Source: an uncultured bacterium
GTDB lineage: Bacteria > Oederibacteriota > Oederibacteriia > Oederibacteriales > Oederibacteriaceae
Assembly (NCBI GenBank): GCA_965112635.1
Contig: OZ218778.1
Location: 2,368,001 to 2,432,000 of the forward strand
Reading direction: 5' to 3'
DNA: 64,000 nt
The translations under genes were made by a program, and so were the position numbers. Under the pieces are notes generated by a model, which worked only from the letters and a program-made list of their open reading frames with translations, ran no database searches and was not told the DNA's origin. Shown here one piece after another: positions 51,175 through 59,869 of the stretch. The stretch's first letter is position 1; each line of letters opens with the position of its first letter.

Positions 51175-51302
51175 ACTTAAATGATATACCTCATCCAAAA
51201 TAATTCAAGACAGACCTGCCAAGATGCCCGGACAAAGATTTTACTGCTGTTTTATGATGGATAATTTAGTTTATTGATATAATAATTCTCTGTTAAGAAC
51301 GC

Positions 51303-51379
51303 GTCCCAGTAGCTCAGTTGGATAGAGCAACGGATTTCTAATCCGTTGGTCGGGGGTTCAAATCCCTCCTGGGACGCCA
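51303..51379 (+). tRNA. tRNA-Arg(UCU)
   Basis: GTCCCAGTAGCTCAG...ACGGA-TT-TCT-AA-TCCGT...CTGGGACGCCA. Confidence 0.97.
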
Positions 51380-51490
51380 GCTCTTGCAGAGATATAACAA
51401 GGCGTTTCCTTCCGAGAGTTGGCGCATCAAAATCGCTTTTTGATACGCCAGTCCCTCTATAGGGGCGTTTCCCTTCAGATATTGGAATGA

Positions 51491-52414
51491 TTAAAGAAGC
51501 GGTTTTACCTTAGGCAGGATGTATCTTTCGACGTCCTCATCGTTTCGGGGTTTGACCACATTCTCAAACAGATACCAAAATTCCACATGCTCGATAGAAC
51601 CATCCGGCTTCACGACTGACAACGGGCTCAAAGTTTCTACTTCCAGCATCTGATCATTGGTAAAGGTTTCCACGTTGGAATTGTAATCAGGGTAAGAAAC
51701 TCCCTTTAATACCTTATAAGTCTTAACAAAAAGGTTGCCATGGTTGCAGTAGCCCACCCAACCCTCATTATCCAATACTCCCACCTTCTGAGGCTTTTCA
51801 TTATTGCTTTGCTGGAGCAGTATATAGCGTTCACCCCATGTCCAACGCGGATCCCTGAGATTAGTATAGGACCACATTGACATAAGGTTTTTAGGTTGCA
51901 GATTCCTCGGATCAGAATGGGGCCCCCTGGGTGGCAAAGGGATGACGGCCATACCCCCTGGCGCCATCACGGAAAGTGCCCAGATCGCGAACTCCACCGG
52001 CCATTGGCCGACATTGCGGAGCCGGTGTGTCACTTTTATTTTTGTGGTAACCGGGGAGGAAAACGCAAAATCCATCTCTTTGATGATACCGGTGGTCTTC
52101 TCTACGGGCTGAATGAATCGAAGAAAAGTTTTATGATTTTCAACTTTGACGGGAAAGTTATCCGGATAATAGGTACGGGGAATGGATTCAGGAGAATGCC
52201 ACAACCGGTGGCCACCAAAATTGACCCAGGCTTTGCCGCCTTTTTTCCCCACCACTGGGGTGTTTTCCCAAAACTCGTTGGGTTCTCCTTTAAAGCCAAA
52301 ACGGATGACCCTGGGCCCGACGTCTGCCGTGACAATGATGTCGACCGACTTGTTAAAGATCTTGTAACAATTTCTCCATCCGCCATAACTAACTCTTTGG
52401 AATCTTATCTGCAC
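51491..52414 (-). CDS. Conserved hypothetical protein, probably a galactose-mutarotase-like fold (DUF4380-like)
   Basis: Motifs VGPRVIRF, GGHRLWHSPE, YPDY.SNVE and LEVETLSPL. Confidence 0.55.
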   Translation of the reverse strand: MQIRFQRVSYGGWRNCYKIFNKSVDIIVTADVGPRVIRFGFKGEPNEFWENTPVVGKKGGKAWVNFGGHRLWHSPESIPRTYYPDNFPVKVENHKTFLRFIQPVEKTTGIIKEMDFAFSSPVTTKIKVTHRLRNVGQWPVEFAIWALSVMAPGGMAVIPLPPRGPHSDPRNLQPKNLMSMWSYTNLRDPRWTWGERYILLQQSNNEKPQKVGVLDNEGWVGYCNHGNLFVKTYKVLKGVSYPDYNSNVETFTNDQMLEVETLSPLSVVKPDGSIEHVEFWYLFENVVKPRNDEDVERYILPKVKPLL

Positions 52415-52432
52415 TTTTTCCCTTTCAAAATA

Positions 52433-53515
52433 CTACTGCGAAACGCCAGCTGTAGGGGTCACGCCAGCCTCAGGTACCTGGCTGGCCGGGGTCGGTGCTT
52501 TTTCCGCCTGCTTATCTAAGTCCACCGTGGCTTTTTCCACGGGACTGCCGGGCTTGACCAATTCCTTACTCCAGTTCAGCTGGGCAACACAGCTGTGCGG
52601 CAGAACCCCTAGGACCTTCAAACCACCAATGGGAACAAAGGGATCGCTTGGGCTCCCTTCTGTGGCGTCTTCTTTGACCACATGGAAAATGTCTCCCGCC
52701 TTGACTCCTTCAACGCTTCCAATATTTAGATAGACAGAGTCTCCCATCAAAATGGCACTCTTGTTGTTTTGCTCCACGACCAGCACGCCCTTAGTTTCCT
52801 CTTTTTGTTCGGCCGCGCTCCCCAGCGTAACCCTCCAAGAGTTGAGAAACACAAATTTATCGTTGGGATACAAGGTCATAAAAGAATAAGTAATTTTGCC
52901 AACGACCGTCTGAGTATTGATCACGCGAACGACCTCGCCAATAGCCAAGGGTCTGACCATATCCCCCATAGTTTGGCCGCTTCCCGGATCTTTCAATAAC
53001 CCTGCTTCGCGATAAAACACGAACAAATGACCGGGCTTGACCTTCCTGGCTGGATCTAATTTCAGGATTATCTCATCATTTAAACCAAATACTTTTTTGT
53101 CCTTTTCCGTGCCGCTCTCAAGCCAGCCATGGGCGGAAAGGACATCCGGGGCCAGGAACCCGAACTTGCCCAGGAAATAAAGTTGGTCAGCGGGAATGGC
53201 GGGTAGGTCAGGATCTTCCAAGACCACCCTCTTCTTAGCAGGTTTTTTTGGTTTTGGGGTCGGCACCTCGGTAGGGGCTTCCTTTTCTATTTCCATGATC
53301 TCGGGGGTGTCGGTGATCGTGTTAGCCTGCATCGGCGTGAAAACCGGCGCAGGAGTTTCCGTAGGTACTCCAGTGGGGATTTCCGTGGGAGCTTCAGTGG
53401 GTAACGGAGTATAGGTTGGTGGACTGGGAAGGTCCAGGTCTATTTCCTGCACAGCAAATGCCGGCAAACAGAATAAAACCGCAATACTTGTTAACAACCA
53501 AATACTTTTTTTCAT
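52433..53515 (-). CDS. Exported protein with a PT-rich linker and two beta domains (FlgT-C/TsaP-like)
   Basis: Signal peptide, PT/E-rich linker and GDSVYLNIGSVEGVKAGD motif. Confidence 0.55.
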   Translation of the reverse strand: MKKSIWLLTSIAVLFCLPAFAVQEIDLDLPSPPTYTPLPTEAPTEIPTGVPTETPAPVFTPMQANTITDTPEIMEIEKEAPTEVPTPKPKKPAKKRVVLEDPDLPAIPADQLYFLGKFGFLAPDVLSAHGWLESGTEKDKKVFGLNDEIILKLDPARKVKPGHLFVFYREAGLLKDPGSGQTMGDMVRPLAIGEVVRVINTQTVVGKITYSFMTLYPNDKFVFLNSWRVTLGSAAEQKEETKGVLVVEQNNKSAILMGDSVYLNIGSVEGVKAGDIFHVVKEDATEGSPSDPFVPIGGLKVLGVLPHSCVAQLNWSKELVKPGSPVEKATVDLDKQAEKAPTPASQVPEAGVTPTAGVSQ

Positions 53516-53682
53516 ACTATTAAGACTCCTCCCACATTAAATTAACGAGGTCTATTATAACGCAAACATTAATATAATATTGCCTTGTTTCATCTGTCCA
53601 CTTTTTTCTTTATCGACCGCAGTCATCATTAAGTTATGACAGCAAAATACCCATGATACAATGTTTTTTCAATCAGTTTGCT

Positions 53683-53756
53683 GCGCCTGTAGCTCAATTG
53701 GATAGAGCCGCGGACTTCGAATCCGAAGGTTGGGGGTTCAATTCCCTCCAGGCGCA
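53683..53756 (+). tRNA. tRNA-Arg(UCG), CCA not encoded
   Basis: GCGCCTGTAGCTCAATTGG...GCGGA-CT-TCG-AA-TCCGA...CAGGCGCA followed by AAG. Confidence 0.92.
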
Positions 53757-53936
53757 AAGCGCCTCTATAATAGGCAGACGCGACAGCGTCTGCCACTACA
53801 AAGGGAATTGAAGGGCGGAAACAGGCGGGGACCCTTTGGGTGCCTGTCAAGCCCAGGCTGGAGGCAAGACGCGGCAGCGTCGAGACCGCAAGCCAATTCC
53901 CTCCAGGCGCAAAGCGCCTCTATGATAGGCGGACGC
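53739..53936 (+). repeat. 43-bp direct repeat containing the tRNA-Arg(UCG) 3' end (53739-53781 and 53894-53936)
   Basis: CAATTCCCTCCAGGCGCAAAGCGCCTCTATRATAGGCRGACGC occurs twice with 2 mismatches. Confidence 0.9.
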
Positions 53937-53962
53937 AAGGCCCCAACACTTTTCTTCCCATT

Positions 53963-55762
53963 CTACCCTTCCCCTAAAGACGATACCTGAGTAGCCAAAG
54001 TTTCGCTAAAATACCCGCCTTGTTTCATCAGCTCGTCGAACTTGCCCTGCTCCACGATTTCCCCGTCTTTAAGCACGATGATGCGGTCCGCGTTTTTGAT
54101 GGTGCTCAGCCGATGGGCGATCGTGATGACCGTCCTGTCCTGCGACAGCCGTTCTAGAGCTTCTTGGATCAGCTTCTCGCTCTCATAATCTAGGGCGGAG
54201 GTGGGCTCATCCAAAATTAGCAACCTGGGATTACGCAGGATGGCCCGAGCAATGGCAATCCTCTGTCTCTGGCCTCCCGAAAGGTTGACTCCCCTCTCGC
54301 CTAGCATACTCTTGTACCCTTCAGGCATCTTGAGAATGAACGGCTCGGCATTAGCCAGACGCGCTGCTTCCTGCACTTCTTTTTCCGTGGCTTCTACTCT
54401 GGCGAAGCGTATATTTTCCAGGATGGTCCCGGAAAGCAAAAAGTTTTCTTGCATGACGACCGCTGTTTGTTTTCTGAGCCATCTCATATCCAGGGATTCC
54501 TGGGTCTGACTGTCCAGATAGATGAATCCTTGTTCGGGTTTGTACAACCCCAATAACAGATTCACCAAGGTGCTTTTTCCAGAACCTGACGGCCCCGCGA
54601 TGGCGATGTGCTCACCGGCCTTGATGATCAAATTGAAATCTTTGAATACTTTTGTGCCCGTAGAGGCATATGAAAACCTGACATGGTCAAATTTGACCTC
54701 CCCGCTGAAATTAGGGATGCGTCCTTTGCCTTGCCATTCCTCCACGTAAGGCGCATCCAATAGTTCCTTGATGCTCAAGTAACTTTCCTGGCCAAGGTAA
54801 TATTGGTCGCTGTAAGCGCTAAAGGACTGGATGGGGCTGAAAATGATCGGCATGCCGGAAATAAAAACGATCAAAGTACCCAGGGTCAAACTGCCTTTGA
54901 TGACAAAATACGCGCCGCCTGCCACCACAATGAGATAAAGGACCTGCGTGCTGACATAGGTGAATGTGCCGAAGATAGTATTGATTTGGGTTAACTGCAA
55001 CTTGCTCTGGGCATAAGTTTGGCTCCTTTCGTTCAACTGCTCATTGGCCTGCTTCTCCTCCCCGAAACTCCTCACCAGGCGCAAGGCGGTAATGAGCTCA
55101 CTGGCGGTTCCGGTCAGCTTTTCCTGGGCCAAACGGGCCGTGGAGTTGCTCCGCTGGATCTTTTCAGCAAAATAATAACGAAAAAAAGCATAGAAAGGCA
55201 TAAGCAAAAGGAGCACTAGACATAGCTGCCAGTGCATGAACAATAACAGACACAAAATACTGACGCTGTAGATGATCTGCGGACAAAAGGAGACTAAAAG
55301 CGAAGTCAGGGCGCCTTCGACCCTCTGGGTGTCAAACGCGTATTTGGAAAGGAGCCGCCCGGTCTTTTGCTGGTCCAAATATCCGAAACTCAAATACTGC
55401 AGCTTATCAAAAATATCGCTTCTCAATTCCAGCATCATCTGGGTCATGGTTTTGGCTATTTCAATGGCCCCGCCAAGGGAAAAAATGTAGTGCACTACCA
55501 TCAAGCCGACAAAAACCAGACAGACCACTAAAATGCCGTTGATATCCGGCGGAGTGATGCATTGATCCACGACGATCTTGAACAGCCAGGGGCAGGGTGT
55601 CACCGCGACCATGCGCAAGATCGCGAACAATAATCCCAGATACAGTACTTTTTTTTGGGCCCACATGAACGCAATCAAAGTCTTTGCCTCAACAATGGTA
55701 TTTTTTGAGGCACGATCGGCTTTAGGGGTTCCAACCTGGTTGAAACCAGGACCATTCGGCAC
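53963..55762 (-). CDS. ABC exporter, fused permease/ATPase (MsbA-like)
   Basis: TM domain, Walker A GPSGSGKS, signature LSGGQRQR and LILDEPTSALD. Confidence 0.95.
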   Translation of the reverse strand: MPNGPGFNQVGTPKADRASKNTIVEAKTLIAFMWAQKKVLYLGLLFAILRMVAVTPCPWLFKIVVDQCITPPDINGILVVCLVFVGLMVVHYIFSLGGAIEIAKTMTQMMLELRSDIFDKLQYLSFGYLDQQKTGRLLSKYAFDTQRVEGALTSLLVSFCPQIIYSVSILCLLLFMHWQLCLVLLLLMPFYAFFRYYFAEKIQRSNSTARLAQEKLTGTASELITALRLVRSFGEEKQANEQLNERSQTYAQSKLQLTQINTIFGTFTYVSTQVLYLIVVAGGAYFVIKGSLTLGTLIVFISGMPIIFSPIQSFSAYSDQYYLGQESYLSIKELLDAPYVEEWQGKGRIPNFSGEVKFDHVRFSYASTGTKVFKDFNLIIKAGEHIAIAGPSGSGKSTLVNLLLGLYKPEQGFIYLDSQTQESLDMRWLRKQTAVVMQENFLLSGTILENIRFARVEATEKEVQEAARLANAEPFILKMPEGYKSMLGERGVNLSGGQRQRIAIARAILRNPRLLILDEPTSALDYESEKLIQEALERLSQDRTVITIAHRLSTIKNADRIIVLKDGEIVEQGKFDELMKQGGYFSETLATQVSSLGEG

Positions 55763-56046
55763 TAGACATCCCTCCTCTTCCTAATCTTACCTTTTTTGAC
55801 CAGATCTATTTTCTGTCGTCTGGTCATCTGCTTTATGGCATATTCCCGTTTTAAAGCCTGGGAACGTCCAGGACTGGGTTCTCTGAAAACCAACCTGACC
55901 GGCTTGTGGAATTTAGTGTAAAGAGCACCTTTCCCCTCATTATGCTTTTTGACCCTTTTCTTGAGGTCATTGGTTATGCCGGTGTAATAAGAGCCGTCTC
56001 TGCACCGGACAATATAAACTGACCATGGCTTTAAAATGGGAATGGT
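55762..56046 (-). CDS. GIY-YIG nuclease (YhbQ/UPF0213-like), absent from the ORF track; no canonical in-frame start
   Basis: The frame reads TIPILKPWSVYIVRCRDGSYYTGITNDLKKRVKKHNEGKGALYTK..A.KREY.IK..; its TAG overlaps the ABC gene GTG by 1 nt. Confidence 0.8.
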   Translation of the reverse strand, partial: TIPILKPWSVYIVRCRDGSYYTGITNDLKKRVKKHNEGKGALYTKFHKPVRLVFREPSPGRSQALKREYAIKQMTRRQKIDLVKKGKIRKRRDV

Positions 56047-56718
56047 TCACCTCACCGGTTCCATGCATTTTTCGTCGTCATTGTCCGGATTGTTGACCCG
56101 GGAACTGACCGGATAAGCCTCGATCTCCGTGCTGGGCAAAGGCTGCAAAAGCGGCCGCAATGCCTCGATGGTGCCGGTCGCCGGATCAAGCCACAATCTA
56201 TACTGTTCTCTTTTTAGGATGACAGGCATGCGCTGGTGGATAGGACTCATCGTTTCGTTGGCCTGGGTCGTCAATAAGGTGCAGGAGAAAAGCTCGTTAC
56301 CTTTATTATCCTCCCAAAATTCCCACAAACCGGCGAAAGCGAACAGCCTGCCGCTCTTTAAATGGAAATAATAGGGCAGCTTGCCTTTATCCAGTTTTTG
56401 CCATTCGTAAAACCCGTCCGCGGGTATTAAGCACCGCTTGTTCTTAAATGGACCGCGGTAGGAAGGTTTTTCAGCTACTGTCTCGGCCCGGGCATTGATC
56501 ATTTTTTGGCCTATGCCAGGGTCTTTGGCCCAAGAAGGCACTAAACCCCACATCATAAAAGTGGCCTCCCGCTTCACTGTTTCTTTGTTCAGGCGGACCA
56601 CCAAAACAGGCTGGGAGGGTGCGATATTGTATCTAGGCGCATAGAGGGCAGTTTCCGTGACTTCAAACTCATCAGCAATTGTTTTTATAGGTGTCTTTAA
56701 AGCAAACCTTCCGCACAT
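56047..56718 (-). CDS. SRAP (YedK/HMCES-like) abasic-site protein
   Basis: N-terminal MCGRF, RYNIAPSQ, INARAE, GFYEW and HQRMPV. Confidence 0.95.
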   Translation of the reverse strand: MCGRFALKTPIKTIADEFEVTETALYAPRYNIAPSQPVLVVRLNKETVKREATFMMWGLVPSWAKDPGIGQKMINARAETVAEKPSYRGPFKNKRCLIPADGFYEWQKLDKGKLPYYFHLKSGRLFAFAGLWEFWEDNKGNELFSCTLLTTQANETMSPIHQRMPVILKREQYRLWLDPATGTIEALRPLLQPLPSTEIEAYPVSSRVNNPDNDDEKCMEPVR

Positions 56719-56839
56719 ATCTCACCTCAAGTAATATTTGTTCAATTTTATCAAAAATACGGAAATAAAAGGTTAAAAGGTGACTTAGAAAATGAAAAGT
56801 GTTAAAATCCTTTTTCAGCTTGATACGATTTTCGAAGGT

Positions 56840-56917
56840 GGTGGGTGTAGCTCAGCTGGTTAGAGCATCAGATTGTGGATCTGAGGGTCGCGGGTTCGAA
56901 TCCCGTCATCCACCCCA
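56840..56917 (+). tRNA. tRNA-His(GUG) with encoded G-1
   Basis: G-GTGGGTGTAGCTCAG...TCAGA-TT-GTG-GA-TCTGA...CATCCACCCCA. Confidence 0.97.
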
Positions 56918-56924
56918 TATAATT

Positions 56925-58376
56925 TTATCCCTTCAGCTTATTCTCCAGCAGTTCATTGATGATCTTGGGATTAGCTTTGCCTTGAGTGGCCTTCATGATT
57001 TGCCCGACCAAAAAACCCTTGCCTTTATCCTTGCCCGCCCTAACCTCATCCACCAGCTGTTTGTTGGCGTTGATGACCTCGTCAATGACCTTGGACAAGG
57101 CATCCGTATCTGTGATCTGGACCAGGCCTTTTTCCTTGACCACCTGCTCAGCCAGTTTGCCTGAGCTGAACATTTCCTTGAATACTTCCTTGGCCAGCTT
57201 GCCGCTCAAGGTCCCATTCTTGATTAAACCAATGAGCCCGGCCATGGCCTGGCTGGACACAGGCGACTGCTCTATTTCCTTTCCTGATTCTTTAAGACCG
57301 GCCAAAAGCTCGGTCATTATCCAGTTGCTGGCATCTTTGGCCGGTGCTCCTGCCTTGATGGTTGCCTCGCAATAGACCGCCAACGCTTTGGAAGAAGTCA
57401 AAACTCCGGCATCATACACAGGCAAGCCGTACTGGGAAACAAACCGGTCCTTGCGCGCCTCAGGCATTTCCGGCAAGGTCGCCTGGAGCTCCTTGGCCCA
57501 TTCCCGGCTGATGGCCATAGGAGGCAGGTCCGGCTCAGGAAAATACCTGTAATCATGGGCCTCTTCCTTACTGCGCATAAGCTGCGTTTTACCGTGGCCC
57601 GCGTCCCAAAGCCTCGTTTCAATATGGGTTTTTTCACCAGAGTCCAAAGCCTTGGTCTGGCGTTCCACTTCATACTGCAGGGCGTCCCGGACATTCTTAA
57701 AAGAGTTCATGTTCTTGATCTCGACCTTGGCTCCGAACTCTCTTTGCCCCACGGGTCGCAGGGAGATGTTGGCGTCGCAGCGCAAGCTCCCTTCTTCCAT
57801 ATTGCAATCCGAGACCTCTAAGTACTCCAAAATGCTTTTTATAGACAAGAGGTATTGGTAGGCCTCCTCGGGGCTGTTGATATCCGGCTCGCTCACGATC
57901 TCCATCAAAGGCACCCCTCCCCGGTTATAATCCACCAGGCTCTCTTCAGCCGCGCCGATCTGTCCGCCCTTGCTGGTGTGGACCAGTTTTCCGGCGTCTT
58001 CTTCCAGATGCAGGCGGGTAATACCTATCTTTTTCTTGGCTCCGTTAACCTCTACCTCCACATAACCTTTTAAAGCCAAAGGTTTATCATACTGGGATAT
58101 CTGGAAAGCTTTGGGCAAATCTGGATAAAAATAGTTCTTGCGGTCCATCTTGCTCTGGCTGGCGATCTCGCAGTGCAGGGCTAGGCCGGTTTTGATGCCA
58201 AACTCCACGGCCTGTTTGTTAATAACTGGCAATACCCCCGGGAACCCAAGGCATACCGGGCAGGTCTGGGTATTGGGGCTAGCCCCGAACTTCGTGGAGC
58301 ATCCGCAGAACATCTTGGATAAAGTTTTCATTTCCGCGTGGACTTCCAGGCCGATGATGGTCTCGTATTTGTTCAT
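56925..58376 (-). CDS. gatB: Asp/Glu-tRNA amidotransferase subunit B
   Basis: Motifs IGLEVHA, RKNYFYPDLPK, HLEEDAGK and YRYFPEPDL; ATG at 58376. Confidence 0.98.
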   Translation of the reverse strand: MNKYETIIGLEVHAEMKTLSKMFCGCSTKFGASPNTQTCPVCLGFPGVLPVINKQAVEFGIKTGLALHCEIASQSKMDRKNYFYPDLPKAFQISQYDKPLALKGYVEVEVNGAKKKIGITRLHLEEDAGKLVHTSKGGQIGAAEESLVDYNRGGVPLMEIVSEPDINSPEEAYQYLLSIKSILEYLEVSDCNMEEGSLRCDANISLRPVGQREFGAKVEIKNMNSFKNVRDALQYEVERQTKALDSGEKTHIETRLWDAGHGKTQLMRSKEEAHDYRYFPEPDLPPMAISREWAKELQATLPEMPEARKDRFVSQYGLPVYDAGVLTSSKALAVYCEATIKAGAPAKDASNWIMTELLAGLKESGKEIEQSPVSSQAMAGLIGLIKNGTLSGKLAKEVFKEMFSSGKLAEQVVKEKGLVQITDTDALSKVIDEVINANKQLVDEVRAGKDKGKGFLVGQIMKATQGKANPKIINELLENKLKG

Positions 58377-58407
58377 AGGCTCCCCCAGGCCGAACAGATC
58401 GTTTCCA

Positions 58408-59868
58408 TTAAATTGACGCCTTCTTTTTATGCCATTCCGTGGATTGTTCATAAGTATAGGCCGCACGCAAAATCTTCTCTTCCTCAAAGGGCTTACCGAT
58501 TATCTGCAGGCCGATAGGCAGGTTATCCTTGTTAAAACCGCAAGGCAAAGAAATGCCCGGCAACCCCGCCAGATTGACTGAAATAGTGAAAATATCAGAC
58601 AGATACATCTGCAAGGGGTCGTCCATTTTTTCGTTGAGCTTAAACGCGCAAGTGGGCGAGGTCGGCGTCATGATGACATCACATTTTTCAAAAGCCTTGT
58701 CAAAATCCTGCTTGATGAGCGTACGGACTTTAAGCGCCTTGAGGTAATAGGCGTCATAGTAACCGGCGCTCAAGGCATAGGTCCCGATCATGATGCGGCG
58801 TTTAACCTCCGGCCCAAAACCCTGCGCCCTGGTCTGCATATACATCTCGTTGAGATTTTCCATCTCTTTGCTTCTGAAACCGTATTGAACCCCGTCAAAC
58901 CGGGCCAAATTGGACGAGGCTTCCGAGGGTGCAATGATGTAATAGGTATCCAGGCAATAAGAAGTATGGGGCAAAGAAACTTCCACCACAATTGCCCCCA
59001 ATGACTCCAGATGCTTTAACGCTTTTTTGACCGCCTCTTCCACCTCTTTATCCATCCCTGCCACAAAATATTCTTTGGGCACACCAATACGCCAGCCTTT
59101 TATATCCGGGACTAAGGCTTTCTCGTAATCCGGCACAGCCAAAGGCGCTGAAGTGGAATCTTTGGGGTCATGGCCCGCGATCTGCTGCAAGACCAGGGCG
59201 CAATCCCTGACATCCCGGCCAAAAGGCCCGATCTGGTCCAGGGAAGAGGCAAAGGCGATCAAACCATACCGGGATACCCGGCCATAGGTGGGTTTCATGC
59301 CCACGATACCGCACAAGGAAGCAGGCTGGCGAATGGAACCTCCTGTGTCGCTTCCCAAGGCCACAGGGCAGAACTGCGCCGCCACAGCAGCAGCTGAGCC
59401 GCCTGAGGAACCTCCAGGGATACGCATCAAATCCCAGGGATTCTTGGTCGGACCAAAAGCGGAATTTTCCGTTGATGACCCCATGGCAAACTCATCCATG
59501 TTGGTCTTCCCTAATCCTATCATTCCTGCTTGGCCCAGCTTCTGGACAACATGGGCGTCATAGGGAGGCAAAAACCCTTTTAGAATCTTAGAGGAGCAGG
59601 TTGTTTCCACCCCGTAGGTGCACAGAACATCCTTGATGCCCCACGGCACGCCGGCCAACGGACCCAGGGCTTCGCCCTTAGAGACCTGCTGGTCCACTTT
59701 ATCGGCTTTGGCGCAAGCCTGGTCTTTCATCAGGACCAGGAAAGCGTGAACTTTGGGGTCTAAAGCTCCTATCCGCTTGGTGCAGGCGTCCAAAATTTCC
59801 CTGGCCTTGACCTGCTTGTTCCTTATTTTGTCCCTGATCTCATGGGCTGTCAGTTCAAAAAGTTCCAC
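58408..59868 (-). CDS. gatA: Asp/Glu-tRNA amidotransferase subunit A
   Basis: Motifs [21 protein letters not shown] and [12 protein letters not shown]; GTG at 59868 follows a GGGAG SD. Confidence 0.98.
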   Translation of the reverse strand: MELFELTAHEIRDKIRNKQVKAREILDACTKRIGALDPKVHAFLVLMKDQACAKADKVDQQVSKGEALGPLAGVPWGIKDVLCTYGVETTCSSKILKGFLPPYDAHVVQKLGQAGMIGLGKTNMDEFAMGSSTENSAFGPTKNPWDLMRIPGGSSGGSAAAVAAQFCPVALGSDTGGSIRQPASLCGIVGMKPTYGRVSRYGLIAFASSLDQIGPFGRDVRDCALVLQQIAGHDPKDSTSAPLAVPDYEKALVPDIKGWRIGVPKEYFVAGMDKEVEEAVKKALKHLESLGAIVVEVSLPHTSYCLDTYYIIAPSEASSNLARFDGVQYGFRSKEMENLNEMYMQTRAQGFGPEVKRRIMIGTYALSAGYYDAYYLKALKVRTLIKQDFDKAFEKCDVIMTPTSPTCAFKLNEKMDDPLQMYLSDIFTISVNLAGLPGISLPCGFNKDNLPIGLQIIGKPFEEEKILRAAYTYEQSTEWHKKKASI

Positions 59869-59869
59869 A

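Noticed and set aside
53739-53936. CRISPR array
   Set aside because: Only two repeat copies, a 112-nt spacer, the repeat is tRNA-derived, and no cas genes are present.
56020-56049. Selenocysteine decoding of the SRAP UGA
   Set aside because: No convincing SECIS hairpin follows, and the position is an interdomain linker rather than a Cys-equivalent site.
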